In this document: positions 8,532-19,921 of the stretch, piece after piece
Layout: each line of letters starts with the position of its first letter
How positions within the stretch are numbered: position 1 is the stretch's first letter
Source of the DNA: an uncultured Brevundimonas sp.
GTDB lineage: Bacteria; Pseudomonadota; Alphaproteobacteria; Caulobacterales; Caulobacteraceae
DNA length: 37,574 nt
Reading direction: 5' to 3'
Assembly: GCA_964591465.1 (NCBI GenBank)
Contig: CAZQBJ010000002.1
Coordinates: 1-37,574, forward strand
Made by a program: the position numbers and the translations under genes
The notes under the pieces: generated by a model
The model's input: only the letters and a program-made list of their open reading frames with translations
Databases searched by the model: none
Told to the model about the DNA's origin: nothing

Positions 8532-9440
8532 TTAAAACTCAGCTTCGCGCCTTAAGAAGAAGCTGTTAATGGCAAAAGCGGTTACGGCAATGACTAGGAA
8601 TAGGGCTACTGCCACGGTTGAGGCATATCCCAGTTCATAGGGGGCAATGTGGAATCCCCGATTGTAGATGTACTGCACTACCGTCTCAGTTTTGTAAAGG
8701 GGGCCGCCTTGGGTCATGACAAATACTTGGTCAAAGACTTGGAAACTACCGATGGTATTGGTGATGATACAAAAGCCCAAAGTAGGCAGGAGCAGGGGCA
8801 CGGTGACATGGAAAAATTGCCTAATCTTACCGGCACCGTCGATCTCGGCAGCTTCGTAATACACCCCTGGGATGGCCTGAACTCCTGCCACAAGAATCAC
8901 CATGGTAAAGCCGAAGTTCTTCCAAACTGTCATCAGTATAATGGAGGGCATGGCTAAGGCAGGATCCTTGAGGAACTCGACCCCATAGATGCCCAGGATA
9001 CTTAGGAGGTAGGGTATGATGCCGATAACCGGGTCCAACAGCAGGGACCAGACGATGGCCAAGGCGGTCATGGAACAGACGGCTGGAACAAAGAAGACGG
9101 AACGCAGAAGCTTACGCCACCAGGTGTTCCGGCTCACATAAGCAGCGAGAACCAGTCCCACCACCACCTGGATGGGCATCTGCACACCCGTAAAGTGCAA
9201 AGTGTTCTTCATGGCATTCCAAAATCGCTCATCGGCTAGCAGTCTCCTAAAGTTGCCCAGGCCTACGAACTCAATCTTGGTCAAGAAGATGTTAAGGTTG
9301 AAGAGGCTGACTCCCAGAGAAGATACCAGCGGCACTAGAATGAACAGGCTGAAAATCACTAAGGAGGGCAGCAGAAAGAAATAAGCTGCAGCTGAAGGCT
9401 TGTTTATTCTCGACATGAGCCTTTGGAGCTTTTTCATCAT
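8532..9440 (-). CDS. Carbohydrate ABC transporter permease (MalF/AraP type)
   Basis: FVGLGNF, YYEAAEIDGAG, SFQVFDQVFVMTQGGP; start uncertain (9446/9440/9437). Confidence 0.92.
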   Translation of the reverse strand: MMKKLQRLMSRINKPSAAAYFFLLPSLVIFSLFILVPLVSSLGVSLFNLNIFLTKIEFVGLGNFRRLLADERFWNAMKNTLHFTGVQMPIQVVVGLVLAAYVSRNTWWRKLLRSVFFVPAVCSMTALAIVWSLLLDPVIGIIPYLLSILGIYGVEFLKDPALAMPSIILMTVWKNFGFTMVILVAGVQAIPGVYYEAAEIDGAGKIRQFFHVTVPLLLPTLGFCIITNTIGSFQVFDQVFVMTQGGPLYKTETVVQYIYNRGFHIAPYELGYASTVAVALFLVIAVTAFAINSFFLRREAEF

Positions 9441-9504
9441 GATCATCTCCTCTGTTGGCCCCCAACGCGGTCTTTGCCGGGGGCTAGTTACAGAGCTTTA
9501 TGAG

Positions 9505-9537
9505 TGCCCACCCACCGCCCTGAGCGATGGGTGGGCA
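9505..9537 (-). other. Intra-operon stem-loop downstream of SBP gene
   Basis: TGCCCACCCA...TGGGTGGGCA 10-bp inverted repeat. Confidence 0.65.
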
Positions 9538-9548
9538 AATTCAGCGAA

Positions 9549-10808
9549 TTATTGGTACGTGTTGAGAATTTCGTTCATGGCTTTCTCAGCTCGTTGAACT
9601 CCTTCTTCCGGCGTATACGCACCTGTCAATACTTCTTCCATCAGCGGCCACATTACGTCTGAAGCGATCAGGCCAGAATATGCGTAGCCCTCGCCCCAGA
9701 CCCGTCCCAGATCTCCCAGCCCAGCAATGGCACTCTGTACTGCGTCATTCTGCACTTCAGGATCGTTGATGACAGAGTACAGGTAGGGCGGGAAACCGTT
9801 GCGCATGGTCCATTCTTTTCCTATTTCTGGGGAGTTCCAGTACTCAATGAACTTGTAGACGGCCTGTTTCTCCTCTTCGCTGGTTGATGCGGGAACGTAG
9901 AATCCCACAGTATCCATGGACACCTGGTGCCGCACGGGTCCCCGGGGAGCTGCAGCCACGCCGAAGTCGATACCTGCTTCCCTTAAGCCATTGATCACCC
10001 AGGGTCCGTTGACTAACATGGCCACACGTTCAGCCCAGAACATGTTGTCCAGCTCTGGTCCGGTGGTGTTGCGCGGCGATACTCTGTGGTTGACCACAGC
10101 ATCCTGCACGACCTTCAATGCTGCAATGTTCTCTGGGCTGTTGATTCTGGCTTCCAGCGTCTGCGTATCAAATACTTCTCCACCGTAACCCCAGAACAGG
10201 GACAGCCAATACAGAGGAGCAGTTTTCGTGGGGAGACCAAAACCGTATTGGTTCTTGCGCGGATCGGTGAGCTTGACCGCGAACTCCATGGCCTCTTCCC
10301 ATGTTTCTGGCGGTACATCGGGGTCCAATCCAGCTTCCGCGAACAAGGTCTTGTTCCAGAACAGATAAACCAAGTTGTACTGCATGGGAATTCCATACTG
10401 CTTACCGTCTACAACAAGCATATCGAGTACGCTTGGCACGAAGTCATCCTTTTTCAAGCCTGTTGTTTCCCAGATATCGTCCAGCGGTTGGATGGCATTT
10501 TCCCGTACATATTCTCCCAGGGTGTCATAGCCCATAAGGATGAAGCTGGGCGCAGTATTTGTGGCAATGGCTGGAGGCAGTCTTTGGAACATGACCTCCC
10601 AGGGGATGATGTCCATCTGGATTTCAATCTCGCCGACGTGCAGCTGGTTGAAACGGTCCACTATCTCCCGCAGAATGTCTCCGTCGGATGACGTGAAGCC
10701 ATTCCAAAACGTTAGGGTCACTTTGGCAAACGCCAATGACGCTGCGCTGAGGGTCAATAATAGGACTAAGCACAACACGACTAGGCTTTTGAGATGTCGC
10801 CGTTGCAT
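9549..10808 (-). CDS. Carbohydrate ABC transporter substrate-binding protein
   Basis: Signal peptide ending AFA, LTFWNGFTSSDG, LFWNKTLFAEAGLDP..PPETWEE, AMLVNGPW. Confidence 0.92.
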   Translation of the reverse strand: MQRRHLKSLVVLCLVLLLTLSAASLAFAKVTLTFWNGFTSSDGDILREIVDRFNQLHVGEIEIQMDIIPWEVMFQRLPPAIATNTAPSFILMGYDTLGEYVRENAIQPLDDIWETTGLKKDDFVPSVLDMLVVDGKQYGIPMQYNLVYLFWNKTLFAEAGLDPDVPPETWEEAMEFAVKLTDPRKNQYGFGLPTKTAPLYWLSLFWGYGGEVFDTQTLEARINSPENIAALKVVQDAVVNHRVSPRNTTGPELDNMFWAERVAMLVNGPWVINGLREAGIDFGVAAAPRGPVRHQVSMDTVGFYVPASTSEEEKQAVYKFIEYWNSPEIGKEWTMRNGFPPYLYSVINDPEVQNDAVQSAIAGLGDLGRVWGEGYAYSGLIASDVMWPLMEEVLTGAYTPEEGVQRAEKAMNEILNTYQ

Positions 10809-10910
10809 TCTCTTTTCCTCCTTGCGTTGTTAAGTACCTTCTCCACACCATCCGAGCTGCAGAACGTGAGAGTTCACCACCACCCCCTTCTTTTTGTTAA
10901 GCGCCCACTC

Positions 10911-10924
10911 CGGTAACGTTACCG
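10911..10924. promoter_or_regulatory. LacI-family operator
   Basis: Perfect 14-bp palindrome CGGTAACGTTACCG with central AACGTT, upstream of the SBP gene next to a LacI gene. Confidence 0.75.
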
Positions 10925-11002
10925 AAAAGCTACATAAAGTGGGACGAGGAAGCAGGAAACATGGGCGAGTCCAAATGCCCCGCCGCCAACCTCCTCATCC
11001 TG

Positions 11003-11992
11003 CTAGGCAGAAACCCTTTTAACCAGCTTGGGCTCAAGCACAATGTGCTCTATATCTTTGTCCTGATTATGCATTGCTCTGAGCAGAATCTCCGCACTGG
11101 ACGTTCCCATTTGCATTTTTGACGTATCAATGGTGGTCAAGGGAGGATCCAAGAGCTCAGTTACCTTCAAGTTGTCCACACCCATCACTGCCACATCCTG
11201 TGGAATCTTTAGGCCGCGCTGTCTCAAAACCCGCATTACATCAATGGCCATATCATCACAGAAGCAGAAAACAGCCGATGGCAGGTGAGTTCCATCGAAA
11301 ACCTGGTTCACAATGGCAGGCAGCTGCTGGGGATCGAAGACGGGAAGAATCATATCCTCGTCCCAGGCAGCGCCGTGCTCTCGGAACACAGAGCGAAAAC
11401 CTTCTGCGCGCAGTTCAGCGCTGTAGTTGCGTGCGGAGTTGATAAAGAGAACCCTCTCATGACCGGCGTCTAATAGATAGCGAGCAGCCATGCGACCAAT
11501 TTTGAGGTCATCGCAGACAACATGATTGGTGTCGGCGTTGCGGGCCTTGCGCCCCACGATAACGTATGGAACCCCATTCTTATTGAGAAAATCAACAGCG
11601 GCAGGCTCGCTTTCCACCGGCGCAAGGATGATGCCGTCCACCCTCTGCTCCAACAACAGTTTGATGGCACGCATCTCCCGTTCAGGATCCTCATGGGTGC
11701 TGTTCAGTACGATATTGTACCCGTGGGCGTCCATGACGTCTTCCACGCCCGCTACTACGTTGGCGTAAAAGGAGTTGGTGATGTTCGTGACCACAACACC
11801 CACCGTTTTGGTTGTGCCGGACCACAGGCCCTTGGCCAGCGAGCTAGGAACATACCCCAAACGCTCCGCGGCGGCGAGAACTCGTGCCTTTGTCTGCGGG
11901 CTCACATCATCCCGATCATTGAGCGCCCTGGAAGCGGTGGACACTGAAACCCCTGATAGCCTTGCCACATCCCGTAGTCTCCAATGGGCCAT
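11003..11992 (-). CDS. LacI family transcriptional regulator
   Basis: LRDVARLSGVSVSTASRALN HTH, LGYVPS, IPQDVAVMGVDN, PPLTTI. Confidence 0.95.
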   Translation of the reverse strand: MAHWRLRDVARLSGVSVSTASRALNDRDDVSPQTKARVLAAAERLGYVPSSLAKGLWSGTTKTVGVVVTNITNSFYANVVAGVEDVMDAHGYNIVLNSTHEDPEREMRAIKLLLEQRVDGIILAPVESEPAAVDFLNKNGVPYVIVGRKARNADTNHVVCDDLKIGRMAARYLLDAGHERVLFINSARNYSAELRAEGFRSVFREHGAAWDEDMILPVFDPQQLPAIVNQVFDGTHLPSAVFCFCDDMAIDVMRVLRQRGLKIPQDVAVMGVDNLKVTELLDPPLTTIDTSKMQMGTSSAEILLRAMHNQDKDIEHIVLEPKLVKRVSA

Positions 11993-12004
11993 CTCCTCTG
12001 CCTC

Positions 12005-13597
<1,593 letters not shown>

Positions 13598-13636
13598 TCA
13601 CGTAAACCAAATATCCTTCTTTATTGATTATCTTTT

Positions 13637-13673
13637 TTAAAAATTAAGTGGCCCGGTTGTTCACCGGACCACT
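13637..13673 (-). terminator. Intrinsic terminator of kdgK
   Basis: Minus strand AGTGGTCCGGT-gaaca-ACCGGGCCACT followed by TAATTTTT. Confidence 0.65.
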
Positions 13674-13734
13674 AATCAGAATGCTGTTGGCGTGATGCCT
13701 GCCCGCACACGTATTTCTGTTACGGAAAAGAAGT

Positions 13735-14757
13735 TCAACGTTTCACCCTGCCCGAGCCATCTCCTCGGGCCAGAGCTTCCACCTCTGCCAGGGTCACATG
13801 GTTGAAATCACCAGGGATGGTTTGCTTGAGGCAGGAGGCCGCGGCTCCGAACTCCGCCGCTTCCTGCAGGGTAAACTTGTTCAGCAGGGCATAGATCAGC
13901 GCGCCAGCAAAGGCATCGCCCCCGCCAACCCTGTCTACAATGTGGATATCATACTCCGTGGACTGCACGAATTTGCTTCCGTCGTAGAGCACCACCAGCC
14001 AGCCGTTGTCCGAGGCGCTGCGGCTGATGCGCAGGTGGCTGCCGACCAGCTCCAAGCCGAACCTGTCCATGAGCTGCTGCGCAACATCCCTAAACCCTTC
14101 CACGTTGATGCTGCCGGAGGAAATATCGGATCCGCTCTTGATGCCAAAGACCATCTCCGCATCTTCCTCATTGGCTATGCAGACATCAACATACTGCATG
14201 AGCCGAGACATGACCTCCCCCGCCCGCTCCCGGCTCCAAAGTTTGGCCCGGTAATTGAGATCACAGCTCACCTTGAGCCCGTGCTCCTTGGCAGCCTGCA
14301 CCGCCTGGAGGGAGATCTCTGCGGTGCCTTCGCTTAAGGCGGGCGTGATGCCGGTGATGTGAAACCAATCTGCCCCTGCAAAGACCCTCTCCCAGTCAAA
14401 GTCCCCGGGGCTGGCCTGCGCTATTGCCGAGTGGGCCCGATCGTAGATCACCAACGATGGACGCTGGCTGGCTCCGTTTTCGCAGAAATAGATGCCCAGC
14501 CGCTCTCCTCCCCGGGCAATGTAATCCGTGTTAACCCCGTAGCGGCGCAGCGCGTTCAAAGCCGCCTGCCCCAGGGGATTTCCGGGCAGCTTGGTTACGT
14601 AGTAGGATTCAAGGCCGAAGTTGGCCAGGGTGATGGCCACATTGGCTTCGCCACCGCCGTAAATCACTTCAAAGCTCTCCGCCTGCACAATCCGCTTGTA
14701 ATCGGGGGGAGTGAGCCTAAGCATGATCTCCCCAAAGGTAACAACCTTTTTGCCCAT
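13735..14757 (-). CDS. kdgK: 2-dehydro-3-deoxygluconokinase (PfkB family)
   Basis: KKVVTFGEIMLRL, GGGEANVA, WFHITGITPALS, DLNYRAKLWS, IVDRVGGGDAFAGALI; ATG at 14757 after GGAGG. Confidence 0.88.
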   Translation of the reverse strand: MGKKVVTFGEIMLRLTPPDYKRIVQAESFEVIYGGGEANVAITLANFGLESYYVTKLPGNPLGQAALNALRRYGVNTDYIARGGERLGIYFCENGASQRPSLVIYDRAHSAIAQASPGDFDWERVFAGADWFHITGITPALSEGTAEISLQAVQAAKEHGLKVSCDLNYRAKLWSRERAGEVMSRLMQYVDVCIANEEDAEMVFGIKSGSDISSGSINVEGFRDVAQQLMDRFGLELVGSHLRISRSASDNGWLVVLYDGSKFVQSTEYDIHIVDRVGGGDAFAGALIYALLNKFTLQEAAEFGAAASCLKQTIPGDFNHVTLAEVEALARGDGSGRVKR

Positions 14758-14856
14758 ATGATCGCCTCCCATCCAGCCGCACAGTTCCTTTACTTTAGAT
14801 GACTCTTTCTGTTTTTCTCCCCAAACCCCTTTTAAGGGAAGAACGCCTGGGCATAG

Positions 14857-14893
14857 AAAAACCCCGGGTCTGCAATTCACAGCCCGGGGCTTT
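14857..14893 (-). terminator. Intrinsic terminator of dps
   Basis: CCCCGGG...CCCGGGG stem with an A5 run on the + strand (U-run on minus). Confidence 0.7.
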
Positions 14894-14906
14894 ATGAAGG
14901 TGACAC

Positions 14907-15374
14907 CTACTTGAGGTAGGCTTCCAGCATCCAAACGGTCTTTTCGTAAGCGGCCAGGGAACCGATCATCAAATCGGCACTGGCTTCATCGCCGATTTCT
15001 TGAGCAGCCTCCACGCCAGCACGCAGGTTGGCAATCAGGGTCTGGTAGTCAGCCAAGATCTGTTCAATGGCGGCCTCGCCTGTCACAGCTTTGCTCTCAG
15101 CCTCTTTGAGCTGGGCCTTCTTCAGGTACTCGGCCATGGAAGCGCTGGGGCGATGGCCAATCATCAAAATGCGCTCCGCCACTTCGTCAATTTCCTCGGC
15201 CACTGCATCATACAGCTCCTCGAGCTTGGAGTGGATCACGAAGAACCCGCGCCCCTCAACATTCCAGTGATAGTTGTGCAGCTTAGTGTAGAGCACGTGG
15301 AGATTAGCTAGATGCTGATCCAGGTGTTCTGCCACCTTTTTTGTTCCTTCATTCGACAATCCGATGCGGTTCAT
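14907..15374 (-). CDS. dps: Dps DNA-protection / mini-ferritin protein
   Basis: LYTKLHNYHWNVEG..FF..H..LEELY...IDEVAERI ferroxidase motif, EKTVWML; ATG at 15374 after GGGAGG. Confidence 0.93.
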   Translation of the reverse strand: MNRIGLSNEGTKKVAEHLDQHLANLHVLYTKLHNYHWNVEGRGFFVIHSKLEELYDAVAEEIDEVAERILMIGHRPSASMAEYLKKAQLKEAESKAVTGEAAIEQILADYQTLIANLRAGVEAAQEIGDEASADLMIGSLAAYEKTVWMLEAYLK

Positions 15375-15438
15375 GACAACAGCCTCCCATGTACATTGTA
15401 TTTTCAGGAAGAAGTTCCTTAACTTGTTAGCTGACTTA

Positions 15439-15467
15439 ATGATAACAGTTCCTATTAAGAATGTCAA
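15439..15467 (-). promoter_or_regulatory. SigA promoter of dps with overlapping Fur/PerR-like box
   Basis: Minus strand TTGACA-17 nt-TATCAT with extended -10 TG; AATAGGAACTGTTATCATT overlaps the spacer and -10. Confidence 0.75.
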
Positions 15468-15554
15468 GGGTTATTCAGCAAGATTTTTTGCCCCGCCGTC
15501 GAAGTATGTGCAGTGAGGCACAAGCGCTAAATCACTTGTTTAGGAGGTGCAGCC

Positions 15555-16118
15555 ATGACTGTTCATGGAACTCAAGGAGAACCCGCATGGGTAAACACAA
15601 ACATGGATGTGCTCACGGCCATCCGCGAGCGGCGCAGTATCCGCAGGTTTACCGGGGATCCAGTGAGTGATCAGCAGCTGAACACCATTCTCCATGCGGG
15701 CCTGTGCGCTCCCACGGCCAGGAATCTCAGGCCCTTCCACTTCGTGCTGATCCAAGATGGGGATTTGCTCCACAAACTGGCCCAGGGCAAAGTCCATGCC
15801 CGCATGCTCTCTTCCGCCGCCGCAGGCATCGCCATCTGCGGAGATAAAACGGTTGAAGACCGCATGGAACACCTCTACGCCGACTGCTACGCAGCGACCC
15901 AAAACATTCTGCTCGCCATCCACGGCCTGGGCCTAGGCGGCGTATGGCTGGGCGTAACCAGGGATTCCGACTGGTACAAGCTGATCAGGGAAGCTTTGGA
16001 GCTCCCGGATCACGTGGAGCCTACAGCGGTCATCGCCTTGGGCCACCCCGCAGAGAAGCGCCCCACTCCCCACACCTGGGAGGAAAGCAAAATTCATTAC
16101 GACAAATGGACGAAATAA
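15555..16118 (+). CDS. Nitroreductase family protein
   Basis: AIRERRSIRRF, APTARNLRPFHF, DCYAATQNILLAIHGLGLGGVWLG, IALGHP; AGGAGGT RBS. Confidence 0.92.
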   Translation: MTVHGTQGEPAWVNTNMDVLTAIRERRSIRRFTGDPVSDQQLNTILHAGLCAPTARNLRPFHFVLIQDGDLLHKLAQGKVHARMLSSAAAGIAICGDKTVEDRMEHLYADCYAATQNILLAIHGLGLGGVWLGVTRDSDWYKLIREALELPDHVEPTAVIALGHPAEKRPTPHTWEESKIHYDKWTK

Positions 16119-16167
16119 GGAGGCCATGACTTAGCATGGACCTTGGAGGTCCATTTCATGCACAGCA

Positions 16168-16207
16168 AAAAGCCCCGCTCCACAGATCTACCTGTGGAAC
16201 GGGGCTG
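16168..16207. terminator. Terminator between convergent genes
   Basis: AAAAGCCCCGCTCCACAG-atctac-CTGTGGAACGGGGCT. Confidence 0.75.
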
Positions 16208-16227
16208 ATTGCTTTTCTTCCACCTCG

Positions 16228-17091
16228 TCATCCCTTGGTGGCTGAAGTCAAGCCGTCTTTGCTCACAAAGTACTTGGACAAAGTCAAAAACAGGATGATC
16301 ATGGGCAGGCTGGCCAGAACCGCCACCGCCATCATAATCCCTTCGTCGCTGTGGGTTTCCGCCATATACCTGGTGATATACAGGGGAATGGTCTTCATCT
16401 CATCGCTCTGGACCACCAACAGCGGCCAGAGCAGGCTGTCCCACTGCGATCTAAAGGCCAGGATGGCCAAAGTGGCAATGGCCGGCCCCGAGCTGGGCAG
16501 GACAATGCTGCCGAAGATGCGCAGCTCGCCCGCGCCGTCAATGCGGGCCGCGTCCAGAATCTCATCGGGGAAGGTGATCAGATGCTGGCGCATCAAAAAG
16601 ACCCCAAAGGCATTGGCCAAAAAGGGCAGGATCAAACCGGCATAGGTATCCTGCATGCCCATGCGCATGGCTACCATGTATAGGGGAATCATGATGGCTT
16701 CAAAGGGAATCATCATGGTGGCCATGATCAGCATAAACACCAGGTTCCTGCCTTTGAACTTGAACTTGGCCAAGCCGTATCCCGTGGCCGATGACAGGAT
16801 CACAGTGAAGAAAGCCACGCTGCCCGCGACAATCAACGAGTTGAGTGCGTTGCGGAAAAAGATGAAGTCATCTTCGGGACCCTTCAGCCCGTTCCAGAAG
16901 TTGGGCCAGTAAAACCCATCGGGGATCCACGGGTAAGGCAGGCGCAGAATATCCCTGGCGGGCATGGCCGAAGCGGTAAACATAAAGACCAGGGGAATGA
17001 GGACTAAGGCAGCTGCCAGGATCAAAAACAGCCACATGACGCCTGTGGAGGCTTTCCCTAAATACCAAGAATGTGTTTTCTTCGTGTGCAT
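16228..17091 (-). CDS. Carbohydrate ABC transporter permease
   Basis: GYGLAKFKFKGR, ILDAARIDGAGE, WDSLLWPL. Confidence 0.92.
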   Translation of the reverse strand: MHTKKTHSWYLGKASTGVMWLFLILAAALVLIPLVFMFTASAMPARDILRLPYPWIPDGFYWPNFWNGLKGPEDDFIFFRNALNSLIVAGSVAFFTVILSSATGYGLAKFKFKGRNLVFMLIMATMMIPFEAIMIPLYMVAMRMGMQDTYAGLILPFLANAFGVFLMRQHLITFPDEILDAARIDGAGELRIFGSIVLPSSGPAIATLAILAFRSQWDSLLWPLLVVQSDEMKTIPLYITRYMAETHSDEGIMMAVAVLASLPMIILFLTLSKYFVSKDGLTSATKG

Positions 17092-17118
17092 ATCAACCCT
17101 CCTATCCTCTCACGGCGC

Positions 17119-18030
17119 CTACATAAACGTGACTTCTTCGGTCCGGGAAATCCTCAGCTGCAGCCAGGTGAACACAAACATCACGATGAAGAGCAGAATG
17201 CTCATGGCTGTGGCCCGTCCAATCCGGTAGTCCTTAATGGCCGTGTTGTAAATGCTTAAGGTGATCACGTTGATGGGACGCGTAGGAGCCCCCGCTGAGG
17301 TAAACAAGTATTGGGTGCTGAACGTCTTCAAGCACTGGATCATGGTCATGACCGACACCAACAGGGTGGTGGGCTTGAGCAGCGGAAAGGTGATCCGCCA
17401 GAACAGCTGCCAGCGGTTGGCCCCGTCAATCAGGGCTGCCTCATTGAGGGTGTGCGGGATCGCGCCTATGCCTGCCACAAAAAGGACGGTAAAATAGCCG
17501 ACATATTTCCAGAAATAGACAATGATAGTGGAAAGGCGCAGCATGTTCGTGTCCGACAGCCATTTATAGTTCACACCCGTGGTGCCCAGCAGAGCATTCA
17601 TCCCTTGGTTGGCCAGGCCCCGGGGATCAAAAATTAAGAGCCAGATCAGCGCGGCCACCACCGAAGAAAGCACAGCCGGCGCATAGAGCGAGAGCTGGAA
17701 AAAGCGGCGAAAGCGCGAGACGGACATGATGCAGACCGCCAAAATCAGACTGACCACTACTAAAGGCACAAAGGTGCCCAAGGTAAAAATAGCTGTATTC
17801 TGCACAGACAGCCAGAAATCCCTGGACCGGAACAGGTAGGTATAGTTATCCCAGCCCACAAAGCGGGGCGGCCTCAGGGACAGGAGATTCCTGTTGTAAA
17901 AACTCTCGTAAAAGGCATTGATAATGGGGTAAAAGCTGAACGCGGAGAAAAAGATCAGCGAGGGCAGGACGAAGATCCATCCCCAGATCGCCTTCTTCCT
18001 CTCCATGCTGAATCCTCGTGTGCGGCGCAT
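17119..18030 (-). CDS. Carbohydrate ABC transporter permease
   Basis: FVGWDNY, LNEAALIDGANRWQLFWRITFPLLKP; ATG at 18030 after GGAGG. Confidence 0.92.
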   Translation of the reverse strand: MRRTRGFSMERKKAIWGWIFVLPSLIFFSAFSFYPIINAFYESFYNRNLLSLRPPRFVGWDNYTYLFRSRDFWLSVQNTAIFTLGTFVPLVVVSLILAVCIMSVSRFRRFFQLSLYAPAVLSSVVAALIWLLIFDPRGLANQGMNALLGTTGVNYKWLSDTNMLRLSTIIVYFWKYVGYFTVLFVAGIGAIPHTLNEAALIDGANRWQLFWRITFPLLKPTTLLVSVMTMIQCLKTFSTQYLFTSAGAPTRPINVITLSIYNTAIKDYRIGRATAMSILLFIVMFVFTWLQLRISRTEEVTFM

Positions 18031-18103
18031 GTCTTCCCTCCAGAGCAAAATTAGTGAAGAAGCCCGAGACCAAGCCCGGGCTTCCTTCAGGGCTTAAGTT
18101 TGA

Positions 18104-19384
18104 TCAATACTGGTCGTCCAGTACCTCCTGGATGCGCTCGCGCAGGATGTCCAGAGCTTCCCTGGAATCCATGTTCTCCAGCATGACGCTTTCCACGGCT
18201 TCCTTAATGAAGCGCTCGAACTGGTAGCCGTTCTCATGCATGAAGACGATGTGCCCTCTCTCCATATCGTTCATGAACACGTCCATGTAAGGCAGCTCCA
18301 TGAAGCGGGGATCGTTGAGCAGGTCGTTGCGGGGCTGGATGATGTTCACAGTCTCCAGGTACTCCCAAGGATGGTCGAGCATGTAGGCGATGAACTTCCA
18401 AGCCCAGTACTGCTTCTCTGAGGAGGTCTGGGCATTGACCATCATGTAGTGGCCGTAGTAAGCGCAGGCCACGTCTTGTACGGCATTCTCAAATACTGGG
18501 TAGGGGATAACCCGCCACTCGCCGCTCTCGAAGAACTCCTCATTGTCAATGCGCAGCCGGCCCTGCTGATAGAAACCGCTGAGACACATGGCGATATCGT
18601 TGTTGTCGAAGTCCCAAACCTTACGGGCACTGGTATAAGTGGGGCTGCCCAGGTTACGTCCGTGGGGGCCGAACTCCCGGAACCACTCCAGTACCTGGAT
18701 CCAAGCCTCGTCGTTAACGATGGCTGTTGTGCCATCCTCGCTGAGCAGAGCGCCGCCAAGCTGTTCTACCATGGGCAGCATGGCCACGAGGTAGTAGGGA
18801 TAGCGGAAGTCAAAGCCGCGGCGGACGATGATGTCGCCTTCGCGAATGACCAGCTTTTCAGAGATCTCGATCATCTCTTCCCAGGTCTTGGGATAATCCA
18901 CGTCGGGATCAAGCCCTGCATCCCGGAAGACGCGGTCGTTGATGTAGATGGCCCAGTTGGTGAGCTCCAGGGGCAGGCCGTAGATCTCGCCGTCCATGGT
19001 CACCGGATCAAAGGTACCTGGCAGGTAGTCGGCTATGAGCTCCTCGGCATTGGCGTAGCCCACTGCTTCATAGTCCACAGGAGCCACACGGCCATGGATC
19101 ATATAGCCGTATTCCTGCTCAATGGGCAGGTTGAAGATGTCAGGTGCATTCTGGGCGGAAAAGGCTGTGAGCACCAGATCGCCCATCTTGGCCGCTTCGT
19201 TGACCACCCTTTTGATCACAACGTTGGGATAGAGTTTCTGGAACTCTTCGATGTAGCGGTTTTCAATGGCCGTACGGTTATCGTCCGTATGGGTCCAGTA
19301 AGTAAGTTCAATGGTCTGGGCACTGACCACGCTGGCAAATACTAAAGGCAGTACAGCAAACAACAGTATGAAAGCTCTCTTCAA
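18104..19384 (-). CDS. Carbohydrate ABC transporter substrate-binding protein
   Basis: TTG start after GAGAGG; signal peptide ending VSA; LTYWTH, DGEIYGLP, FRDAGLDP..YPKTWEE. Confidence 0.9.
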   Translation of the reverse strand: MKRAFILLFAVLPLVFASVVSAQTIELTYWTHTDDNRTAIENRYIEEFQKLYPNVVIKRVVNEAAKMGDLVLTAFSAQNAPDIFNLPIEQEYGYMIHGRVAPVDYEAVGYANAEELIADYLPGTFDPVTMDGEIYGLPLELTNWAIYINDRVFRDAGLDPDVDYPKTWEEMIEISEKLVIREGDIIVRRGFDFRYPYYLVAMLPMVEQLGGALLSEDGTTAIVNDEAWIQVLEWFREFGPHGRNLGSPTYTSARKVWDFDNNDIAMCLSGFYQQGRLRIDNEEFFESGEWRVIPYPVFENAVQDVACAYYGHYMMVNAQTSSEKQYWAWKFIAYMLDHPWEYLETVNIIQPRNDLLNDPRFMELPYMDVFMNDMERGHIVFMHENGYQFERFIKEAVESVMLENMDSREALDILRERIQEVLDDQY

Positions 19385-19593
19385 TATAGTTTCTCCTCTC
19401 TCAATGGTCTCCTTAGGAAAACTCAACCGTTAACGCTTGTTCCATTCCCCCTTCTGCGCCGAGCTTGGCGTTTACATTTTTCACCCAAAAATCACACAAA
19501 GACCAAACTACTATTTCTCCAAGGGCTTGGTGATTCCTCCCTACACCCTTTCTTTCAGGAGTTAGTCAATTTTGGAAAAAATTGAGACACCTG

Positions 19594-19812
19594 TTAAGGT
19601 GTCCCCCGTTCCCGGAATGTTTTGCAGCAGGTGGCTTCGCAGGACCCCACTGACGTCTCGCCGTACTGCTGCACAATGCTCTGCGTATCTTCGAAATCGT
19701 ACCTCTCCGGCAGTTTAGCCCCTAGTTCGTCGCTGGTAATGAGAATGCTTTGGGCTACACAGTAATTGTCATCCCACCACTGGCAGTTGCTCACAGTGCA
19801 GTGGACTTCCAT
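19594..19812 (-). CDS. DUF1540-like Cys-rich small protein
   Basis: GGAGG RBS with ATG at 19812; VHCTVSNCQWW..NYCVAQSI...TCCKTF pattern (the 196-aa ORF-track extension looks spurious). Confidence 0.75.
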   Translation of the reverse strand: MEVHCTVSNCQWWDDNYCVAQSILITSDELGAKLPERYDFEDTQSIVQQYGETSVGSCEATCCKTFRERGTP

Positions 19813-19890
19813 ATACAGCCTCCTTTGGGTTGGTTTCTCCTTTATGGTTCCAAGTTCCCAGCAACTTATTCCCCCCTGAACGCGGGCGCG

Positions 19891-19921
19891 AAAAAAGGTG
19901 CAGCCTAGTGGGCTGCACCTT
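19891..19921 (-). terminator. Intrinsic terminator (ends candidate ncRNA)
   Basis: Minus strand AAGGTGCAGCC-cacta-GGCTGCACCTT ending in a T6 run. Confidence 0.85.
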
